A stretch of 14,754 nucleotides of DNA, from NCBI GenBank assembly GCA_018985225.1, contig JADGIF010000205.1, positions 1 to 14,754 on the forward strand. The letters are read 5' to 3'. The notes below the pieces were generated by a model. That model did no database searches, was not told the origin of the DNA, and saw only the letters and a program-made list of their open reading frames with translations. The stretch is from Amoeboradix gromovi X-113 (lineage: Eukaryota; Fungi; Sanchytriomycota). Both the position numbers and the translations under genes were made by a program. Shown here piece after piece: positions 8,892 to 14,754 of the stretch; the first letter of the stretch is position 1; each line of letters begins with the position of its first letter.

Positions 8892-8903
8892 AATAAATTT
8901 ATT
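8892..8903. terminator. Palindromic bidirectional polyadenylation-signal candidate AATAAATTTATT
   Basis: Perfect 12-bp palindrome giving AATAAA on both strands, in the 38-bp gap between two convergent stop codons. Confidence 0.5.
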
Positions 8904-8906
8904 TTA

Positions 8907-9293
8907 TTAAAGAGTTTCTAATTTGCACTTCAAGAAGTCGTAGCTAGTAACAAACGGATTTAGAGAGTCTTTTAAGTACCATTGTTGGATTAAAAGCAAT
9001 TTGTCTTTAATATCTGCTTCCTTTATCGTATGGTCACTTTGCAACACTAAAAGAAATGTTTTTTTAGTGCAAGATATAAGTGCATATACGGATTTACTAC
9101 CCAATTGTTGTAATTTACCGAGAAATAACACACCGATTCTCTCAGACAAGGAACTCAAGGATGCTTCAATCATGTCAATAGATTCAAAAATCAATTCCTC
9201 AAATTCTAGGTTGTCCTGGTCCAAGGGATGTATAAGTATAGGTACTAGTTGTTTGTTACCAATTATGGCAATGCCTTTGATAGCCGGATTCAT
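8907..9293 (-). CDS. TRAPPC2L: Sedlin/longin-fold TRAPP subunit, TRAPPC2L (Tca17)-like
   Basis: Sedlin_N pattern IAIIG...P...ESIDMIE...LFLGKL...VYALISCTKKTFLLV...Y...NPF. The ATG at 9293 (MNPAIK) fits the family length; an upstream in-frame ATG exists at 9329. Confidence 0.75.
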   Translation of the reverse strand: MNPAIKGIAIIGNKQLVPILIHPLDQDNLEFEELIFESIDMIEASLSSLSERIGVLFLGKLQQLGSKSVYALISCTKKTFLLVLQSDHTIKEADIKDKLLLIQQWYLKDSLNPFVTSYDFLKCKLETL

Positions 9294-10353
9294 GGGGCTT
9301 TCAAAAAATAAAACACTATAAAATATCATTTTTGACGTAAGATCAGAAGCATCCCCATCTTTTTGAACAGGTTTTCAGCTTAATCGCATTCTTTAACCCT
9401 TCCATATCTTTTTTTCTTGTCTTTTTATCATTTTAAGTCATATTCATAACAATCCTTTACCAAATTGGTTCTTTGCACAATGGATCCATGGCCATTTACT
9501 TCGAAAACCTCAAAAGCCAAATTTCTAAACTCATCTCATCCCACATCTGGACCTAGCTGAGGGGTGTATCTATTGTACTTCAAATTGTTAATTTAGAGTT
9601 TTACGTTTACTTACGTTCAGTCACAATGCTTATTTTGACCACTTTTTATACCCACAGTTCATAGACAATGTAACGAAAGCTTTAGAAGCGTAAAATTTTC
9701 AGATGCTCGAAATAGAGGTGGTATTAAGCAACCCAAATAAATAGTGTCAATATCGAACAGGAAACTGAGATTACCATGCGGATTTGGGTTTTTATTTCCT
9801 AGATTTTCTGGAGATAATAGTGCAGATTTAAGTTTACTGCAATATTGGTAAAGAAATGGGTATTTTTATCTCCCGGGATGCCTCAATATTGTTTTCTTAC
9901 CCAGTAAACGTGCGACCAAAGAAGACAAGGTTATTTCCTGAATAAAAATAGAAATGTCCAACTGCAGGTAATCAGCGTTTACGTATTAGCTCAGCAACAT
10001 ATTGGTTGCTTTTATGGTTCATATTAATGTCACTAAAACCCATGGGACACCAAATATAAAAACTAGACCAAGTCGTTTTTAAAGGAGGTGCTCCATTAGG
10101 AGGAAATACTATTATTAATAAAAGTCCTTCTTTCAAACCAATTTTCTTTCATTAATGTCATTCCTCTCTTTAAAATAGGACCAAAATTTACACGGCAATT
10201 GCGCAATATCTAATAAGATTTAGCTTGAGGGTATATAATTTTATTTTCAGCACATTTTTGAGGATACTAAAGCATTTGCAAAAGGAATTTATTAAAATAA
10301 GATTGAGTTCAAAAGAAAATGAAGTCGCTTTCAAGAATTCTTGCCTTTTTTCA

Positions 10354-13300
10354 TCAAACTATAATGGATGAGTTTGGAGCCCTTATTACATTGAGAGTGT
10401 AGTCCCCTATTGATAATATCTCAGGAATATGTGAAATCAACAAGATGTAGTCAAATTGCGTCTTCAAAACATCAAACAGCTCATCAAAGTGCTTTTTGTT
10501 CTCAAAATCTACAGATGTCAACGGCTCGTCTAATACGTAAATATGGCATGGATTCATCAAACCTAAATCGCACCACACTGTTCTAAAACATAAATCTAAA
10601 ATTGCTTTTTCAAACCCTGATGCATATCCAACGCTTCTATAAAGCAGCTCATTGCAATATTTGAACTTAATCTCAAATTCTTTAACTAACCTGGTAATAT
10701 TAATCTCCAAATTAGCAATTGGAATGTTCCTGAGCTTTTCGTTTATTCGTTGCTCCACTATTTCGCATAAATGACTAGTCAATCTCTGTAGAAACTTTGA
10801 TCTGTTATCGATTAGTTTGGAATAAATTAACTTATAGTGTTGTTCTTCTCGCAGACCACTTAATTCTTTTAGAATAATTTTATTTCTATCCAGATACTCT
10901 TGATGAACAGAGAGCTTTGCTTTAGTCTCATTTAATCGCGATTCAGTATTATGATACTCTAACTTATATAGCTCTTGTTGTTTCAGTTTATTGGAGTGCA
11001 ATTTTGCACTCTCATAAGAATTTTCGTATAGATGGAGCAATTCCATCTGTTTTTTAGTTTCCACTTGATTTCTTGTTAATTCAATGCGCTCTGTATTATA
11101 CTCTATCAACTTTGCTCTCATCTTATTCATTGTTTTGTCTTTTTCGGATCTAATTTCTAAATTCTTTAAATAATGTTGGGATTCTTTATATTTGTTCAGA
11201 TATGCCTCTAGCTTTTCCAATTTTCCAAAAAACTCTTTTCTACTAGCCTTCAATGACTTCATTTCTAATCCTTTCAGTTTCAAGTCCATTTCCATTTGTT
11301 GTACTTGTTTTTCAAACACATCAATCTGCCTTAATGTGTTCGACTTCGACCTCACTGATTCTGCAGCTTTCTTATATTCATCTAACAACTTGTTAAATCT
11401 CTTTTTATAATCTAATATCAGATTGTAGGCAGGTTTATCTATACTATTTATTATCTGATTGATCTTATCATCAATGATTGTGTATATCTTGATTAGTTTG
11501 TCATGCTTCGATTCCAAAGTCAGTGCTGGTGAATTAAATAATGCATCAATGTCCGAACACATGGTAGCTATAGAAACCGTGGTAGCGTATCTAACAGGTA
11601 CCGCCGATTGTTCATTGACTTCACCTTGGCCTTCTGTTAGCGTGCTTAAAAATTTAACCAGTTCATTTAATTTGCACAGGTTTATTTCAAGGTCTTGTAT
11701 CTTGATATTTGATTCACTAATCTGCATATCTAGTGCTGTAATTGACGATTTTATAATTTTTGTATCGTTAAAGTGCTGTATAATGTCTGCAGATTCCCAG
11801 TATTTTAATGCAACCAGTGAATCATAACTTTCGGCCACAGATTGTATATCTACATTCAATTGATTCAATTCAGCGCTCAACCTATTGATATTACTGATAG
11901 TTGATCTAATATTAGCATTACATTCGAATATATTAGTGCTATTGGTTTCCATAGTTCTCATTAGATTCTTTAACTTCATATCATGGTTATTGCGGGTATT
12001 TGAATTCCAGTAGTCGATGATACTCGACAAGTCAGAACTTGTTGCTGTTGGTTTTATAAGTTGCTTCACAGCGTTCAACTTGGATTCCAACTCGTCAGAA
12101 TCTAAGCGGAGTTGCTTTAACTCAATGCTATTTACTTGGTTTACAAAATCTTGTTTCTCGTTTATTTTGGTCTTTATGGTTTTTAGTTCACTTTTCATAT
12201 GCACTCTAACTGCTTCCAGACTACCTAGATTAAATTTGTTGTTGAAAATGTTTATAATGTCCGTAGGATTTGTATCGAAGAAGGATTTAGCGCTTTGAGT
12301 CAAAAAGAATGTTTGCAATAGATTGTCATATGTGCTTAGATTTTGAACTATCCATTTGTTAGACTGAGCTGATTCGCTAAATAAACAACTGTTGTTATGA
12401 TGTATTTCTATTTTGCCAGTAGCGGTAAATTTGTTATTCTTAATTTTACGAGTAATTGTATAACTCTTGGTGCCTTTTAATATATCCAACACTACAGTGC
12501 ACTCTGACGCAATTTTATTTGTGATAGGATCAATGTACATCATAGATTGTAGTTTCTTCATTCTCGGTGTTTTCGCAAATAGTCCAAAGAGTATAGCATC
12601 GATTATAGTAGACTTTCCACTGGCGTTTAAACCGTTTATACTAATAACTGAATTGGGCTCAAAACGAGCAAAATCAATTGTCGTACAGCCCCGGAATCGC
12701 ATAAAGTTGGAAAATGAAACTTTCGTGATCGACCACGGCTCTGCTTCCGTTTGCTCTGTATTCGGCAAATATTGTTTATTCAGCATTTTGTGCAAGTTGA
12801 TTACCTTTTTAATTACATCGTCAGGTGTTTTCTCTTGGATTAGAAAGGATTTTAAATAGTCCAACTGAGCCTCGAATCCAAGAGACTGATTGCCTCTTAC
12901 AATATTGGTTTCGAATTTGCTTATGCGGCTTGTATTCTTGTACTTTATACTTTTAATAACTGTAGCGCTCTTTAAAACTGACATGTCTTGACCAGATGGT
13001 TTGCTGGAATTGTAAGATACTGTAAGATGAGAGTACTTGCTTAGCTTATCGATGTTAGACCATTTTCCGTTGTAAAATCTTATATTGTACATTCCATAGT
13101 CGCTAGGAATATCAATAAACTTCCCACTATTGGAGCACAAATTCCATTCGATAAGCCCATGGTGATACGGGGACTCATTTAAGCTTTGTTGGATAAGACT
13201 TCCAGCATAAGCAACAGTAGGTGTAATGAAATTTCTCTGGTGTATGTCGCCTAGTAGTACCATATCATAGCCATCTAAATGGTTCAAACCAATTTTATCA

Positions 13301-13833
13301 AGATTCTTATTGAACTTGAAAGTGGTTTGATTCATGCTTGCATGCAGTATTCCAATTCTTTTGTTGCAGCTTGATAAAGTATTTGCAAGTACAAAATCTT
13401 CATTTACAAATGGACTTGTGATGCCAAATGATATTCGGGAGTCTTTGAACACATATTCACCTGACTTTTCTGCCAAGTATATTGGGTGCCTCTGATTTTG
13501 CAAAAAGGATACCACTGGTTTTAGAGAACTCATTCGATCAGGAGTACCAATAACGCAGTCATGGTTGCCAAGAGTTATTAGACATGGCATCAAGTTTGTA
13601 ATGCTCTTCAGGAAAGAGCCTAAGAATTTGATTTGCTCATTGGATATATCCAGTTTATCATGCACTATGTCGCCGGAAATTACAACTATACCTCCACTCT
13701 TGGAATTGAGATATTTGTACAAATTGTTGAAGACATGCTGGTATTCAGCATATCTCGATGTGGACTTGCGAATATGTATGTCTGAAATGTGATATATTTT
13801 GCTGATTTTGCCTTTAAATGGCAGTTCGTACAT
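10354..13833 (-). CDS. Mre11/SbcD nuclease - Rad50/SbcC ATPase fusion protein (mimivirus R555-like)
   Basis: 1159 aa. N-terminal metallophosphoesterase motifs: HISDIH, SGDIVH, GNHD, ILH, LGDIH, YAGSLIQQ. These are followed by SMC-type ABC ATPase motifs: FSNFMRF, Walker A GLNASGKST, Q-loop FFLTQ, a long coiled coil, signature ASGFEK, Walker B/D-loop YVLDEPLTSVD and H-loop LISH. Confidence 0.92.
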   Translation of the reverse strand: MYELPFKGKISKIYHISDIHIRKSTSRYAEYQHVFNNLYKYLNSKSGGIVVISGDIVHDKLDISNEQIKFLGSFLKSITNLMPCLITLGNHDCVIGTPDRMSSLKPVVSFLQNQRHPIYLAEKSGEYVFKDSRISFGITSPFVNEDFVLANTLSSCNKRIGILHASMNQTTFKFNKNLDKIGLNHLDGYDMVLLGDIHQRNFITPTVAYAGSLIQQSLNESPYHHGLIEWNLCSNSGKFIDIPSDYGMYNIRFYNGKWSNIDKLSKYSHLTVSYNSSKPSGQDMSVLKSATVIKSIKYKNTSRISKFETNIVRGNQSLGFEAQLDYLKSFLIQEKTPDDVIKKVINLHKMLNKQYLPNTEQTEAEPWSITKVSFSNFMRFRGCTTIDFARFEPNSVISINGLNASGKSTIIDAILFGLFAKTPRMKKLQSMMYIDPITNKIASECTVVLDILKGTKSYTITRKIKNNKFTATGKIEIHHNNSCLFSESAQSNKWIVQNLSTYDNLLQTFFLTQSAKSFFDTNPTDIINIFNNKFNLGSLEAVRVHMKSELKTIKTKINEKQDFVNQVNSIELKQLRLDSDELESKLNAVKQLIKPTATSSDLSSIIDYWNSNTRNNHDMKLKNLMRTMETNSTNIFECNANIRSTISNINRLSAELNQLNVDIQSVAESYDSLVALKYWESADIIQHFNDTKIIKSSITALDMQISESNIKIQDLEINLCKLNELVKFLSTLTEGQGEVNEQSAVPVRYATTVSIATMCSDIDALFNSPALTLESKHDKLIKIYTIIDDKINQIINSIDKPAYNLILDYKKRFNKLLDEYKKAAESVRSKSNTLRQIDVFEKQVQQMEMDLKLKGLEMKSLKASRKEFFGKLEKLEAYLNKYKESQHYLKNLEIRSEKDKTMNKMRAKLIEYNTERIELTRNQVETKKQMELLHLYENSYESAKLHSNKLKQQELYKLEYHNTESRLNETKAKLSVHQEYLDRNKIILKELSGLREEQHYKLIYSKLIDNRSKFLQRLTSHLCEIVEQRINEKLRNIPIANLEINITRLVKEFEIKFKYCNELLYRSVGYASGFEKAILDLCFRTVWCDLGLMNPCHIYVLDEPLTSVDFENKKHFDELFDVLKTQFDYILLISHIPEILSIGDYTLNVIRAPNSSIIV

Positions 13834-13937
13834 TCGCTATTCGCGGAGATGGGTCACACTCTACATAAAGTCTTCTAACTTTCTAAAACAAATGTCTGGA
13901 AAATCATAGCTAGGTAGATAGTTTAACATAATGCAGT

Positions 13938-14754
13938 CTATGCTCTAAGCGTATTCACATAATTACTAGTTTCTCTGGCTTGCCATTCAGGTACAACAAG
14001 GTTACCACCAGGCATACAATTACGTGAATGTTGTTTTAAAGTGCATTCAGATATCAATCCACTAGCATATCACAGCAGACACAGTGAAATAATACTGGAC
14101 CTCACAAGATTATTAAACTGTCTCGTACTTGCCATAATTCCCATGACAGCTGTAGTCTTCTTTTGCTCTTAAGTCAGGAACAACCAGAAGCACAGTCTTT
14201 CCAACAAACGCACAAAACAGTTTCTTGTACGTACACTGCCGTTGTTTCCTGTTGCACTCATAAGTTCCATCGCCACAGTAAATTGCTTTTTCTCATATTC
14301 CTTCACTTTCTCAACCTGTTTTCTCTCAGTAGCCATGTCTCATAAGCCAATCTCATTCTTAACGCCTGCATTATTCCTTAATCAGCTGTGGCAACGCCGG
14401 GTACTCTGTAGCGCTCGATGATCCACAGAACCACAACCGGATCTCTATCAATGAGTCCAGTAGCTTGACAGACCTGCAGTTATGACCTGAATTCCTCTGT
14501 AAACATCAGATTCCTTGACTTGTAAAACCGTTTATCGAGGAAACTATAACAGTCAATTGATTAGCGGATAGAAGCAGCTGCTTCCAAAGTCATTGACAAC
14601 ATCTTTTAAACAATTCTAGATATGAAGCCACGCAATCATACTGTACTATTCTTTGAAACTAGGCATTTTAGGGTCGGAACAGTATAGCAGATTTGCATTA
14701 TGTTGCCAATCGCATTGTCTTTTACTTGATGCTGTTTGGTGCATAAGTAGGATA
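13938..14754 (-). pseudogene. Fanzor1-like nuclease pseudogene (probably continues beyond the window edge)
   Basis: Minus strand, frameshifted: MPSFK...YLELF...LWK/FYPLIN*LL*FPR*...Q; AIYCGDGTY...TYKKLFCAFVGKTVLLVVPD (GDG at ~14266-14274); LFHCVCCDMLVD*YLNAL*NNI (CxxC 14072-14083; degenerate DRDxNAxxNI at ~14030-14059); then PEWQAR. The motif order matches Fanzor1. Confidence 0.72.

Noticed and set aside
5525-9570. 11-bp repeat AGGGGTGTATC at 5525-5535 and 9560-9570
   Set aside because: Too short, and at inconsistent distances from start codons; compatible with chance.
324-10055. 13-bp inverted match ATTTGGTGTCCCA (324-336 and 10043-10055) as transposon terminal inverted repeats
   Set aside because: The match does not extend, I see no target-site duplication, it would enclose housekeeping genes, and matches this short can occur by chance in 15 kb.
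757-14345. Short ORFs antisense to or overlapping the main genes or Fanzor relics (e.g. 757-939, 3083-3346, 4565-4819, 6212-6481, 9001-9321, 11459-11827, 12467-12859, 14163-14345)
   Set aside because: These are shadow ORFs with no recognisable motifs.

Overview
AT-rich, gene-dense, apparently intron-less eukaryotic DNA in the standard genetic code. The gene set suggests a zoosporic early-diverging fungus or related opisthokont (inference). Five host genes are intact: DHTKD1-type 2-oxoacid dehydrogenase E1, a POC1-like centriolar WD40 protein, an NF-YB/DPB4-type histone-fold protein, an SRPK kinase and a TRAPPC2L/sedlin-like protein. There is also an intact 1159-aa Mre11(SbcD)-Rad50(SbcC) fusion resembling the giant-virus (mimivirus R555) type. 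Manual translation of the spacers shows that most of them hold decayed Fanzor (eukaryotic TnpB-like RNA-guided nuclease) elements, largely missed by the ORF track. Four are mutually alignable copies of one Fanzor2-like family (~336-450 +, ~4748-5100 -, ~5726-6285 +, ~6501-6885 +); at least three share a 3' tail, and two keep a conserved hairpin that is a candidate omegaRNA scaffold. A distinct Fanzor1-like pseudogene (~13938-14754 -) ends about 100 bp upstream of the Mre11-Rad50 fusion, and a further Fanzor1-like relic may lie at ~7180-7480.
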